DNA of 63,739 nt, counting the filler, from Klebsormidium nitens (Eukaryota > Plantae > Klebsormidiophyceae): NCBI GenBank assembly GCA_000708835.1. It is 5 parts of 5 records of this genome, joined end to end, with 100 filler letters (N's around TTAATTAATTAA, not from the genome) between each part and the next. Parts side by side here need not be neighbours in the genome. Positions count along the whole stretch, not along the records: positions 1 to 22,661 come from DF237890.1; positions 22,762 to 30,396 come from DF238299.1; 3 more parts are not named here. One strand, 5' to 3'. The notes beneath the pieces are model-generated. The model was not told where the DNA came from and did not search any database. It saw only the letters and a list, made by a program, of their open reading frames with translations. Both the position numbers and the translations under genes were made by a program. Within the stretch, counting starts at the first letter, position 1, and every line of letters starts with the position of its first letter. Positions 15,001-26,632 of the stretch are shown here, one piece after another.

Positions 15001-15913
15001 GAAGAGGAGGACCATGGGCCTCCGGAGGAAGTGAGTGGTCATACTACTGATTTGTAGGGTTTGCAAGTCCAGAATAAAGGTTTACAAGCCCGTATGAGGC
15101 TTTTCGCTGCGTTTCCCATCTACAATGGTCGGCCTGCTGGTAACACTCGCTGGATTCTGTCTGCAATGGCTAGTCTTTCGATACTCCGACTCGTTGATTG
15201 CTTCTGTGAAGAACAGGACGATTAGGAGACCGAAGACTAGTGCTAAGTAGAGGGCGCTAGAAACGGTGCCCCAATCTCCTTTCGTCAAGATTGACTCTCT
15301 CAGGCGAGTGTTGTCGTTTCGTGTGCAGCTGATGGCCATGTGCAAGCTCTTCGACGAAGTTCGCACCGATTACAAAAAGGTTAGTTCATCATTCTGCGAT
15401 GTCTGCTGGATTCCAATTTCATTATGCAGCGCCTTGTGGTCTTGCCTGCGGCACCTGAGTATCTCTTGACTTCTTCTGCAACTGCAAAAGTGATGACAGG
15501 CGCTGGACAACAAAGTGATCAAATGAAACAAACATTGATCAAATACTTTGCCATGAATATACAAAGTTTCTGGAAGGATTCTCCGCTCAAATCGGGATGC
15601 AAGCTCTTTGGGGAACGAAGGGTAATGAGAGTAGAAGCTGTCACATGTTGGACTTGTGCACGCCTCGTTTCTTGCAAATGGTTTGATGGATCTTTTTTCC
15701 GTGCCACGTCCAACTCTCTTTGATATTTCGTAACAGGTCCGCGAAGCCATCTTCTACCTGCACTACCTCAAGGGCGTGACGATGACCAAGGACCTGCTGG
15801 CCAGCTCGCAAGTGGACGTCCGAGTGCGCGCCCTCATGGCTCACGCCCATGCGGGCGTCCGCAACCAAGCCCAGAAGCTCGGGCAGCAGTGGGAGCCGTT
15901 GAGGAGAGCATGA
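26..15913 (+). CDS. Giant multi-exon protein (~3,700 aa): four PLATZ domains, KOW/SH3-like module, AT-hook, C-terminal TFIIS-N (TND/LW) domain. Exons ~26(or 102)-2548, 2922-4130, 4371-4592, 5064-5534, 5749-5997, 6385-7056, 7408-7632, 8319-9767, 10189-10410, 10939-11517, 11908-15030, 15329-15379, 15737-15913
   Basis: All 12 introns are GT..AG and phase 0, and join the listed ORF segments in frame (e.g. CAG|GTAAGC 2549, TCTCAG|GGA 2922, GAA|GTGAGT 15031). A likely acceptor at 100-101 means the gene may start upstream of the window. Confidence 0.75.
3960..4592 (+). other. PLATZ domain 1 (two exons)
   Basis: CPAH..CVDC..CAAC..HRGH then CKAC..FCSLQCK matches the PLATZ C-x2-H/C-x2-C/C-x2-C/H-x2-H plus C-x2-C/C-x3-C pattern. 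Confidence 0.85.
5373..5997 (+). other. PLATZ domain 2
   Basis: WLDTVLEKGWEKPCREH..FCIDC..CAQC..HEGH, then LDVSNV..CKGC..FCSVLCK. Confidence 0.85.
6892..7632 (+). other. PLATZ domain 3 (one Cys replaced, SAGC)
   Basis: WLEAVLEKGWEEPCDKH..FCVDC..SAGC..HKEH, then CQGC..FCSLECK. Confidence 0.8.
9606..10410 (+). other. PLATZ domain 4
   Basis: WLETVFEKGWAKPCSTH..FCLDC..CAGC..HQGH, then LDVSRI..CYGC..FCSVLCK. Confidence 0.85.
14452..14481 (+). other. AT-hook-like motif KRKGRPPKKK in the PLATZ gene
   Basis: GRP core flanked by basic residues. Confidence 0.55.
15329..15913 (+). other. TFIIS N-terminal (TND/LW)-like domain in the last two exons of the PLATZ gene
   Basis: AIFYLHYLKGVTMTKDLLASSQVDVRVRALMAHAHAGVRNQAQKLGQQW fits the L..L..L...T.+LL.....V..L..H....V...A..L...W pattern. 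Confidence 0.65.
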
Positions 15914-17243
15914 CGTGTGCCACGTCACTTGTAAGTATCCTGGGGCCTAGCCTAGCTGTATGTTTGATAAGCGGATGATTAAGTTGTGAGGTCGACAGTA
16001 GTTTACTGCTTTAGTAAGTTCAGACTGCAAGACGGTGCCTATATTTCAATAGGTTTGAGCTATAAGCTGCCGGACGCAAGTACAGCGAGGATATCCTTTT
16101 CGTCCCTCGATTTTTTTGCGCAATGTAAGATGATCAATCCAATCACCGAAGCGCACCGTCGTTATACATCTGTGACGGCCAGGCTGCTCGCGCAGTATGC
16201 ATGAGAAACTATCATTTGAATAGATCCAGATGGCCCGCGCCTTTATATAAAGACTGCGCGAAGAACTCTCGGTTCCATGCAATTTGTGTACACGCGTGTG
16301 GAATGCACCGCTACGTATATGGCTGCATATGCGCATAAACTGCGCGACGGCCAAAATTGTCGCACACATTGTGGGCAGTCAAGCGTGCAAATCTCCAAGG
16401 CCGCATGGCCCCATGGAGCAACGTACCTGCGGTGCGCTCATTTATAACATGCATAACGCAGGACGATGCTTCCATTGTTACGAACATCCATGTTCTTAGT
16501 GGCACATTGTAGGGAGCATTGCATGAGCTGAGCAGATGTCAACTTTAGGATCGAGGCGCAGACTACAAAATGCTACATACAACCCCTTTTGGGATTCGGC
16601 ACACTGAGAGATTTTGGCCTCAATCACAATGAGCTGAGGACAACGGAGGTTCCAGAATTGTTGTCGGGATACATCAAGTGAGTATGATGATATAGATGCC
16701 CAATCCAAGGTGCCGAAGTAGAGTGTTCCTGCACGAGGCGCAACCAATCAGAAGCTGAACGCTTGCTTCTGAACATTCCGCCTTTCATATGCGCTCATTA
16801 CGACGTCGTGACCTTGCAGGCAAACCAAAATCATGTCTATTTCCACTTGATAAGGTCAAGCAGAAATTGAAGAGACGATGCCACTCAACGACAGCTACAG
16901 CTTTCCCAGCGGATACTTGATGAAGCTTGCGGGATGCCTGAGCAACTTGCCGCTGACTCTAGTTAGCGTTAGGTTCTGCCGTTGTACTTACCGGCTTCAT
17001 TCCAGCGGCTAACGTGTCGCCAAAGAGCTCCCAGGCCTTGCGAGAGCCGTCGAACGGAAGCCGTACTAAAAAGTGGGCCCCTCTGCACATGACACGTCAG
17101 CAGCGAACTAAGCGTCCGAGAACGTCCAGCGACCTTGGAGCGGCAACGAGATAGTTCGTTCCACTGGCCTCAGAGTGTAAGATCTCACAGGAGGACTTTG
17201 TCCGACTTGCTACTGTGAGGGTGAAAAGGGCTGCGCGGCTCAC

Positions 17244-20241
17244 CGTCGTTCCCAAACGCATCGTCGTCGTCCCCATACAACTCGTCGTCCTCGAACTGAT
17301 AGCCCTGCACGGGAGCACATGACTGCGATGAGAAGTAGCCACTGAAAACGGAGATACTTGCAGAATCTCCCAAGCTGGTTGGATGCACCCTTTGAGAGCC
17401 GGCAGCAAGGCTTTCAGCAGCAAGAAGGACCTTAGCTAGATTTCAAAACTCTAAGAAACGTTTAGAAAAGTTCTGACGGTACAGAGCCTCTGCTTTGTTG
17501 TTTGTTCAGGGAGTGCCGGTGAAACGACTGCTGCCAGCAGCGAGAGGGTTCGTTCTGCAGCGATCCCAGTAAACCGGTCTGCTGCAAAGCGAGAGGCTCA
17601 TCTTAAGGAAGAAGTTGACACGGAAAAGGGGGGGTGCTTTCATACCTGTTCATAGTCTCCCTCGCCCATCTCGTCCTCCTCATCGAGCGCCTCCTCCTCG
17701 TCCTCTTCCCCGCCCTCGCCTTCCTTCGGCTTTTCCTGCACCAAAGAATAAACGACAACGTCAGCGCTTCTCACGGACCGTTGTCACAATTCTCGTGATC
17801 CCAATGTAGTGCGGCTGCGGGGAAAAGAGGGTGCATAGAGCAAGCGGAAGGAGAGAGTGCATTGACCGTACCAAATCCTCGGGACAAAACTCGAGATCAG
17901 AAGGCGAGGACACCCCGAAACTGTCACCGCTCAGACAAGTGACCTCTGGTGTCATTGAACGTCATATCGTAGTGGAAGAGCGGTCCGCACCGAAGTGGTT
18001 CTCCAAGACTGACGGAGAAAAAGATTCTCAGAACAGTCATTTACTTTCGCGCCCCCCCAGGTGTTGAGCACGAAGCTCGTGGTTGATGCAAAGAGCTTTG
18101 TTCCAAAACGGCAGAGTCTCATACGGTAAAGAGACCTATAAACATTCGCTGACTCTTTTCAATAACTTCAAGGAACTAAAAGCGACTCAGTCGTCCCAGC
18201 ATCTGGGCAGGTGTCTCAAGATCTGGGTCGACGTCAGCAAGGCTCAGTCAGAAAGGGGTCCCCTGGGCGTCACTTACAGTGGCTTTATCCCCATTCGCCT
18301 CGATCTTCTGCTCGAGGTTTGCAAGGCGCTCCAGCCTTTGTATGTCTGCGATGACAATTGACAGTGGGTTTGTGTTCAAGACACGTCTCATGGCAGATGG
18401 GCAACTGACTACTTTGCGACAGATCTTACAGCATCTGCCCTGATAATAGGGATCTTAGAGAGGGCAGCCTCACTAGGACAAACATAAGTGCATTCGCGTG
18501 GTGAAAGCGAGCGTCTTGCATGCGTAAAGTCGTTTCCAACACGAGCTTTGACCTTAACTGAGAACTCATTGAAAACAAACGTGAAGGCTGCCAGGATTCA
18601 ATAAGGACAATGAAACTAAAGTTTGAAAAGCAGTCGAAGGCAAACCTGTGGTTGCTAAAGGAGCCGATTTCCAGGGGGCGCTTGCCGCCGTTGCTTGCGC
18701 GGCCCCTCCGCCCCGCCCTTTTCCTTTCTCTGCAAAGGATGAAAAAAGTGGTGACGCCCGGATTTTGGTGCCAGAGACTCCTAATGATACATGCGACACC
18801 TGTTGACACTTCATTTTGACAAGCAGAAGAAGGCAAATAAAATCAGCCAAAGAACCACTCTGATCCAGCAACATGTTGGGAATACCTGGAGAAGAATAAG
18901 GTTCTTAGAAAACACCCGTGGCAAGCTTGCAGGGTCACGTGGGTGGAAATTTGACACCATCCCAGACTTGCCCGGAATGCCTACCTGGCCCCAATAGCTC
19001 GGCTGGAAAGTGTTTTGGTGTCAACTTCAGGACCGAGGATAGGGGCGCTCGGATGGCGTGCGGGTTTCGTCGGTACCGATCAGCGTACCTCTCTATCTCT
19101 GCAGCTAAGCCCACTGCAAAAAAAGCAGAAGCACAATGTGTTCAAAATAAAGATTATCGTTCTAGGTGCCCACATAAGGGTGCATAGAGGACCATTGAGA
19201 TTACTAAAATGAGCCGCAAGTACTGTTGTAAGGACCAGGCTTTGAAAGTGTACCTCAGACTGCAAGACTTGCAGCCCCACTGTTATCCCTTTCTGATGGA
19301 AGTGGTCTTGGAGGAGCTCTGATCGATCTGACATTGGCAAGTGGAATTTTTGGCATGTGGGCTGTTGTAATATGGGCTATCCCTGGACACTCGGCCACAC
19401 CCACCTGTCCCGCTTTCACGTTCCTCGATGTGGGCTGTTCCCGGAAAACCTCAAGTGGCATAAACTCCAGACAAGAGACATGCGGAGGCATGATTGCTCT
19501 GAATTTCTCATGTGGGCTGTTTCCAAAAGCTCAAGCAAGACAAATAAAGGCATACCTGTTTTGCTTTTTGGTTTCTCGATGTGGTAGGGCGAGTACAGCC
19601 AAGCGCTTTCGAGGCGCCTCCGCCGGTTCAGCAGCTCTTCTTCCTCGTCTCCAATTTCAGGGACTTCGGGCAGGTTCTCGATGGGCTGTCAAGAGACGCA
19701 CATCATCATCTGCTAGTCACCTTGACACAGATTATTTTCCTCGTTCGATGCTAAACACAATGTTGTCGCAGGCAGTGTGACGTTCGAAGACTGCAGGCCT
19801 TCCGAATGGTTGGAAACAGCTTTCAGGAAACAACCATTTGCTTGATGAGCTCGCTTTCTCAAACACTTGGAACAAGCTAGCGATAGAGCAGGGAGGCACT
19901 TTCTGAAAGGGCAGCGCCACGCGATGAAAAGCAAGTGGTGGTGCGGAAGCAGTGGGCAGCATTGCTCTACGCTGTGATCAGACGTGGATGAAAAACAAAA
20001 GTCCGATCAGTGGAGCGCCAGGCACTGGCCAAAACCAACTATTGATCTCAAACGACGGCAGCTCACGAAAATTATCCACACCATCATTTCATCAAGCAAA
20101 GGGGAGCTCCGGTCTGCGACTCACCGGGAACAGTGGCGGCGGCCCGCTCAGCTTGTCTGGCAGGACCATGTTCCCGTCATCGTCTCGTATCACAAAACCA
20201 CTCCCTCTGCCCCACCCACGACCCCGCCCGCGCCCGGCCAT
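17244..20241 (-). CDS. RPC7: RNA polymerase III subunit RPC7/C31 (POLR3G-like). Exons 20125-20241, 19556-19685, 18985-19098, 18646-18729, 18278-18345, 17646-17735, 17244-17304; last exon unresolved
   Basis: MAGRGRGRG..GPPPLFP|PIENLPEVP..LESAWLYSPYHI..EIERYADRY..HFPAELL..LERLANLEQK, then an acidic tail with DYEQGYQFEDD. All splice phases are consistent. Confidence 0.85.
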
Positions 20242-21625
20242 GCTTTCACCACCTTGTGGGGCGCAAGTGCTGCTATGGTTATTCTACAGGACAGAGACCC
20301 ACACGCGGAAAGGAGTATTGGAAGAGACTTTATTGGAGTATTTGTTCAATCGGCTATGTGGGCGGAGAATGCAGACTGCAATGCGTTTGACCTCGTCTAT
20401 GTAATTTGTGGCATGTGCCTTGAGCAGAATGGTGGCTATATGATAGGCTTGATTTGAGAAGCTGCCATGGATTTGGCGGGAGCTGTTAAGCTTATGGTTA
20501 GCACCCCTGCTTTTCAACCCCACTCCCTTCGTCGAACTTTGAACCCCAAGATCAAACAGGGGAACGTTCGACGATCAAAAAGTCAGAATGTCAGAATGTT
20601 AACCGAGCAATTCAGCAAGCATCCTCGAATTCAAAGCTTGAATTTGAAGTGAGCTGAGAAAGCTGCTTGAAAGAAGACGCACCTCATCAGGAAGGCTACA
20701 GGCTACTGGCGCAATGTTCCGCTATTTGTGAACCCTCTGTGCATTTTCTAAAGAGGTTTGACTGTGCAAGTTTCTTTTGATGTGCGCCAGAAAAGGGTTG
20801 CGCTTTCGAAGGCCAATGTCAACTGAAGAAGTGGAGCTGCTTTGAGGCCAGCCTCTGAAATGGACTCAGGTGAGTTTGTTCATCAACTTTTCCACCGCAC
20901 TTCTGATGTTGGCACCAACCTCAGTGGGTATGAATGTGGGGGTTACAATTCTGCAAAAGAGCTTCTGCTTTGCTCTGTCCTCAAATGGCAGTATGCTAGC
21001 CAATGCAAGGCTGTAATCTGGCTTGGCATGGTCTCCATTGCTACCTAGGAGGCTTGACAAGGGTCATTGCGGTGCTGAGCAGTATTCTAGCAGCCTAGAG
21101 ACAGAACATGTGATCTAAACCCATTTGATATCATCCCAGCTTTCCCTTCTATACAATGCACATGTGGTACTTTGCAATTGGTGCAACCAGTCAAGTGCTT
21201 TGTGTGAACGTTCTCAGCTTGTGCATGCCCAGAATGCAGTGGAAGCAGGATGAAATGTGGGGCGGTTCAAAGCAGGTGGTCTAAACCATAGCCCCTTTGA
21301 GTCTGCATACAATCAACCTTTCGTCATTTCATGCTTTCTTGCCCCCACGAATGATCATTCTGGTTTCCTAGACACCGGCATCTTCTTTCTTTTAGACCCA
21401 TCTTCAGAAGTGCCCACTTGAAGGTTCATCGTTACAAGCCTCTTCCCAATCAGTCTTGACTTCTTAGGCAAGTACGCTGACTGCTTCTACCCTACTTCCA
21501 CTTTCTTCCACTTCCCTTGTTTTCGTTTCTAAAACCACTTCTGTCGTTCACTGCAGCACGACCAACTGACCACGAAGGAAGGGGGTGGCCGGTCCCCCCT
21601 CAAGCAGTCCCCCCGCTACAAAACG

Positions 21626-22661
21626 ATGCGCTCGCTCTCAGATAACCAGTGCAGCGAGTGCAAGCAAAAGTGGAGCTCTCGCTGGTACCCCTGGAGGAGG
21701 CGTCCCGCCTCCTGTGCACCGCTTGCTACGACAACGAGCGGAACGCCAGCCGCTACCCCGCCAAGTCATGCGAGGCATGCGGCAAAGAGTCCAGTTCGCG
21801 GTGGCACCCAGGGGCCAACCCCGATGCAAAGCTGTGCCACGCGTGCTATGGTAAGAAGCAGAAGAAGGAACCCCCGCTCAAAGTAGATATGGTTGAGGAG
21901 GACGGCAAAACCGTAGGGTACGCGCGCCCCAACCCCCTGTCGGCCGTCAGAAGATCTGCGGCGGCAGTGCGCGCTTCAGTAAACGAGGTGCAAGACGCCG
22001 CGGAAGCTCTGGGCATCTCTTCGGGGGCTGCAAACCTTTTGGGGGGGTCAGGAGAGGCTGAGGAGCCTGAGGCGCCAGGACCCCCTAGTGAAGATGCGGG
22101 CACTTTTCCAGGGGCTTCGAACCTTTTGGTGGGGGCGGATGAGGCTGCTGGTGATGGAACGACGGAGCCCCCCGGTGATGCGGCTACGTTGCTGGCATTG
22201 CCCACTTTGGGGGACCAATCGGTAACAGCGCCTCAGGGGGTGCAAGAGATGGCGGGGGGAGTGGAGAAAGCAGGGGAGGGAGAATTGCAGAAAGAAGCGG
22301 ACCTGATCATTCTGGGAGACTCGAGCCCGGCAGCTGGCCGGGCAACAGAGCCCGCCGTGGGTGTACTGGAACTGGCAGGAAAGCGCCAGACTCGGCAAAG
22401 CAGTCAGGGGGAGGCTGGGGGAGCGTCACCAAGGACTAGGGCGAAGCCCTCGGCTTCGGCAGGCGGAAAGCGGTCGCTGAGATCCTCAATGGAGGGTGCG
22501 GCGGAAGCATCGGCAGAGGAGGACGGGCCCAAGAGAAAGCGCTCGCTTCGGGAGATCCATCAGGGGTCTCCAAAGCGTGCGCCGCCAAAGGTCCCCGCTG
22601 TAACGGCACGACTGCGCACCGACTTCTGGCTGCGCGCCAAACTTGCGGCCGCGCATCGTCC
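21626..22661 (+). CDS. Protein with two tandem GATA-like zinc fingers (C-x2-C-x18-C-x2-C); 1-nt frameshift in the first finger; 3' end lost in the gap
   Basis: CEAC-GKESSSRWHPGANPDAKL-CHAC is intact. CSEC-KQKWSSRWYPLEEASRLL-CTAC is restored by adding one C at CCCC 21688-21691. Confidence 0.65.
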
Positions 22662-22761
22662 NNNNNNNNNNNNNNNNNNNNNNNNNNNNNNNNNNNNNNN
22701 NNNNNTTAATTAATTAANNNNNNNNNNNNNNNNNNNNNNNNNNNNNNNNNNNNNNNNNNNN

Positions 22762-24210
22762 CTTGATTCCATTCCTACATATGTCTTAATATCTGGGATA
22801 CGATTTGTTCCCATGCCAATGGCTGCACCCGGTACTGATAAGTCATGTGCATCCGAGTCAATCTTGATGCGCTTGATATATGCTAAGATGCAGTCACGAC
22901 GCAAACAAGCTTGTACATAGTAGCATCTCCAACATACCGTTGCAACATCCAAATACAATTCGCCGCTTGCACAAGGCATGGCCGAAGGGTGGCCCACTTG
23001 CATAAGGCTTCATACTAGTTAGTCATCTCGATTCATTGATTCGGAGCTTCGGACACGACGGTCTGATTCATATCTGATACTGCCGAGTTTGAATATTATT
23101 GAGAACTCACGAATCCTGCATCGGAGGCTACTTAGAAGCTGAAAGTCGATGGAAAAGGTCTGATTGCCTCACTCCATTAGTGAATGTATCATTCTTCAGG
23201 AACAAGCATCGGACGTTTGAAGCAACCGTTGCCATTAACCTGAACTTCACGACCCTGCTAAAACCTTAATAAGTACTATGCATAGTCGAGCAAATGATGT
23301 ACCTGGCCTTGCTCGTCGACAACTGTCTGCTCCTGGCTGCATCCGAGAGCACGCGCTGCGAATCCGTCTTGAGGGGCCACTTCCTGCAAATATCATCAGT
23401 CATCGTCAAGGCTGGGGACCAGACCGCCATGTAATACAACACACAGAAAGACGAGCAATGCTAGCGCGCACATCTGGGCCTTCAACTAGTACATACTGTA
23501 TCCGCATCTTGGTGAAGTCACTAACTGCAAGCTCTATGCTGCAGGTACGATCGCATATTCACCTCTGGAAGCAGTCGTGGGGACAGCAGATGCTCTCCCT
23601 CAGAGTCTTGCGAGAAGATGATGCGGCCACGCTTCCTGTCAAGCGCTTGCCCTGTCAATATCATGGGGCTGAGGTCCTCTTCGAGAGAATCTTCGCCTGA
23701 CAACCTCTTGCCCACACCGCCGTGCTGCTGCTCAACTAAGGGGCGGCGAGACGGAGCCATCTGTGAAATTCGACAAGTGCAGGATGTCAAATATGGATGC
23801 AAGCAAACCCCAATGAGCAGCCATTAACAAAGGGTGTTGCGCCGCATACAGCCGTGTAGCATGACCCTCGAAAACTTGATGTTGTTCATGCTTCAATCAA
23901 GTTAGAGGCACACCCATGACAACCAGCTGCAACAAGTCACTGCCAAGCTTGCACGAATAGCCGCCTTCAGGCTTCCGTTCTTACCTTGCGTATGCACGGT
24001 GGTGGTGTGCCGAATCCCTTCTTGAAAGCGCTGCCAGAGGTCCAAGGGAACGGAGAGGTAGGTGAGAACCCCTGGACAAGTATATAGGGGGACGAGAGTA
24101 AGTGAAAGTGCTCGTGCGTCAGCCGTGCCTGAGATCGATCGGGAACAAATATTGATTCCATTTCTATAGATGTCTTAATATCTGGGACACGATTTGTTCC
24201 CGCCATATTT
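22762..24210. repeat. Dispersed ~60-bp direct repeat pair (22762-22830 and 24152-24210)
   Basis: TTGATTCCATT..ATGTCTTAATATCTGGGA(T/C)ACGATTTGTTCCC is shared. The minus strands encode GTNR(I/V)PDIKT..MES. Confidence 0.7.
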
Positions 24211-25854
24211 ATGAGCACCGCAGCAACTGGTCTAGAGACACATTTTATGAATGCAAGGTCACGCTAGACTGCATTCTGCCAGGATGCTAGAAGCAGACTA
24301 AAGCGCGGCTAGAAAGAATCAAACTGCGAAGTCCCTGATAGTCTGGCCCATGGATGTATATGGACTTGGGATAGAGCAAGGTCTGCCAACCACATTGAAG
24401 CAATGTGTGAGTGACTCACCGGAGCGCGGCTCTTCCTGCTCTTCTCAAGACGTTTCGGCAGTTGAGCTGGGCTGAGACTGTTTTCATTTGTGAGAGCCCG
24501 GTAGAAGTTCGGGCCTTGAATGCTTGCGGAGTCTCCGTCATTCAAGAAATCCTCTAGAGAACGTCCAGACTTGGACCCGTCAACAGACCGATCAGCGTAC
24601 TCAACACCTTCAATGTCCTCGCCTTGGGTTTCGTCAGAAGCAGATGAGCCGCTGGAGAAGAGAAAAACAGGCGCACATCAGCTGACTGTTGACCAGGGTT
24701 GGTATGAACAGCGGATGGCATTCTGATTTCAGCTTCTCATGCAGCTTATCAGTCTGTGACTTGCGAATGAGCTGGCAGCGCTACTAGCAAGTAGCCAGCT
24801 GAGATTCAGCTCAAAGCCCCCCATCTCTGCTAGCAGGATGGGCGACGCACCCCGCTGCCTGACTACGCTAAGCAGTCTTGCTGATTTTCCTCACAGATGC
24901 ATGAGCTGCCTGCTTACTACTTGTTTTTCCATTCTCATGAAGCCACGAGAGCTAGGCCTTGCAGACCCCAAGATCTAATCTAATTGAAGGCTCCTATTTG
25001 GCCATGCATATTGAGGGGAAGAAGTTATTCCTGCAACCTTCGCTAAGTGCAAAGAGCGGGACTGTATTGACGGAGAGGCCATTCAAAAAGAAGCGTTTCC
25101 ACAATTGAGGCAAAGCCAGAGGTCACAAACACGCAATGCAGCTAGCAGCGCTTACCTTTCCCAATGGAAACGCAGGTTGGAAGCCATTGCCCCGCAGCTC
25201 TTAATTGCAGCTTCAGTGGTGGTGCTCTTCGCCAGCTATTTTGATGGCGCTGCTCCTATAATGCCGACGGCTTGAAGTTAAGTGTACTGGAGCTCAACTT
25301 TGGCAGCTCAACGTGCGGTAACTTGATGCTGGTGACCCCAGATCGAGCAGGCTGCGCACAGTTTCTGATGCCCAAGGCTGTGGAGCTGCCCTCCACCACC
25401 TAACCAGCTCAAGTTGCTGGTAGCCAGCTTCCACCCTGCAAGATTAGGCCGGCAGTGTCAGAGTATTCTATGGTGTGGTGAAAAGCGAAGCTAGTCACTC
25501 GGACGTGACGCTGAGACTGGAGAGAATGCTTGCGGCGGCTTGCTCCCATTTGTCCATCTGCACAGGCCAAGACTAAGCAACTAACCATGGCTCCAGCCAC
25601 AGAAGAACAGGTTCCGGCCGCACAGGCACCACCCACAGAGAACGGTGCAGCAAGTCAAGAGGACGCACAGGAAGAGGACGCACTGGAAGTCACCCCAGCT
25701 TACAGCTCGGCGATCTTGCTTGCTCTCTGCCTCTGCGAGGCGCTCAGTCAAAGACCGGATCGCGACGCCCACCTCGCCGTCCTGCTTGTCCTGCTTGTTC
25801 TGCCGTTCTGCTTGATGGATGCTGGGTGACCGACGCTGGGAATGAGGCTGCACG

Positions 25855-25890
25855 TTCGGAACTTCGGAACTTCTCGGAACTTCGGAACTT
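25855..25890. repeat. Short tandem repeat (TCGGAACT)x~4
   Basis: TTCGGAACTTCGGAACTTCTCGGAACTTCGGAACTT read directly. Confidence 0.85.
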
Positions 25891-26632
25891 ATTTATTATA
25901 CTTCGGGCCTTGGGGGCGGTGGATGCTGGAAATGAGAATTTACGTTCAGAACTTTGGAATTTATAGGCCCGCATTGCTGCCACACGGGACGGTCCGGTCG
26001 GGACGGTCCGACCAGAAAGGCCCCACATTCATCCACGTATAAGGAGGCAAACTCCGGAATTTTGATTGTGCATCCACGTGGTGCAATGTGAGGGCGACGT
26101 ATAAGTCCAGAACTGTCCAGGGCCCGGGGCCGTGCGTATATGGCTTCAAGCTTCAAAGTTTGGGACAAGTTTGAACCGTCCCGCTCGGGTCGGGACGGGA
26201 CCCTTAGCGATCCGTCGAGGCCACCGGCCGGGACGGTCGGGGGGACACGTGGCGGCACGGGAGTGGGCAGTTTTATGCCGGATTTCAGTTGCTGTCACTT
26301 CATGCAGTAGACTCCAGCATTGTAACAGCTGCCAGCACAGAAACAAGCTCGCAAGCTGAGAAGGATAACATCTGAGCTTGCAGGGGGCGGAACTGCTAAG
26401 CGCCAAGCCGCAAGCGCGGAGTGTTTTCAGGGCAGACTGACGGCCTTCCATACTTGGGAGTTTTGCCTTGATTCAGCGTGTCTGCGATGCCCTCGCTTGT
26501 GATTGCCGCTTAAGCGCATTGCAAGGGTTTTCCAAGCTATCAAGCGCTTCAGTGTTTCTTCATTGTGGACAAATCAGTCTTCTCTTTTGTGTGACTGCAG
26601 CTGTGACCAGCGGAGCTTCTGCTCAATAGAAA

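Noticed and set aside
22686-22717. TTAATTAATTAA embedded in N runs (also ~30441, ~55902, ~59098)
   Set aside because: An identical all-frame-stop linker inside scaffold gaps; an assembly artefact, not biology.
25530-25829. Small plus-strand ORF (MAPATEEQ..)
   Set aside because: No recognisable domain or splice support; left unannotated.
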